Positions 24,668-24,795 of a DNA stretch of 24,795 nt are shown here, one piece after another. The stretch is from the NCBI GenBank assembly GCA_043805855.1, contig JAZDHP010000067.1:1-24795 (forward strand), written 5' to 3'. Numbering within the stretch: the first letter of the stretch is position 1; the number at the start of each line of letters is the position of its first letter. A model generated the notes under the pieces. The model did no database searches, had not been told where the DNA came from, and saw only the letters and a program-made list of their open reading frames with translations. The DNA is from Candidatus Micrarchaeota archaeon. Lineage in GTDB: Archaea; Micrarchaeota; Micrarchaeia; Norongarragalinales; UBA8480. The translations under genes and the position numbers were made by a program.

Positions 24668-24795
24668 GTGAAAGTTTGTTTTGTTAATGCGTTGTTTTAC
24701 CCGTTTCGGGGCGGTACAGAGACGCACATGCTTGAACTGGGAGAAGCGCTTGTCAAGCAGGGCGTTGAAGTGCATGTTGTTACTGCAAGGTTAAA
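24668..24795 (+). CDS. GT4-family glycosyltransferase, N-terminal fragment truncated at window edge
   Basis: GTG start: MKVCFVNALFYPFRGGTETHMLELGEALVKQGVEVHVVTAR, a typical GT4 N-terminus; AGGTG RBS. Confidence 0.85.
   Translation, partial: MKVCFVNALFYPFRGGTETHMLELGEALVKQGVEVHVVTARL

Overview
AT-rich archaeal window, most likely DPANN (Micrarchaeota-like). This is inferred from TATA-like TTTTAAA/TTTATA boxes about 25-35 nt before starts, GGTG-type RBSs, archaeal-type PGK next to a bacterial-type class I GAPDH, a KH-less beta-CASP nuclease, an HTH_10 regulator and many VapBC pairs. Housekeeping genes: tandem-domain thyX, gap-pgk, a type IIA P-type ATPase, a CBS protein, an NAD-dependent epimerase, an aCPSF2-like nuclease and a truncated GT4 glycosyltransferase. 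Accessory content: (i) two paralogous secreted Cys-rich proteins, the complete one a ~100-Cys, 1268-aa protein whose N- and C-terminal Cys spacings partly mirror each other; (ii) four toxin-antitoxin modules, three preceded by a shared TTCGTCYACT motif; (iii) a ~86-nt hairpin leader before a 43-aa ORF and a DUF736/SSB-like ORF; (iv) an HTH_10 regulator, two paralogous 'helical domain + phosphohistidine swivel domain' proteins with no ATP-grasp domain, and a single-Cys LMW phosphatase, possibly an uncharacterised phosphotransfer module. No rRNA, tRNA, CRISPR array, integrase or transposase was recognised. All family calls come from reading motifs by eye, not from database searches.
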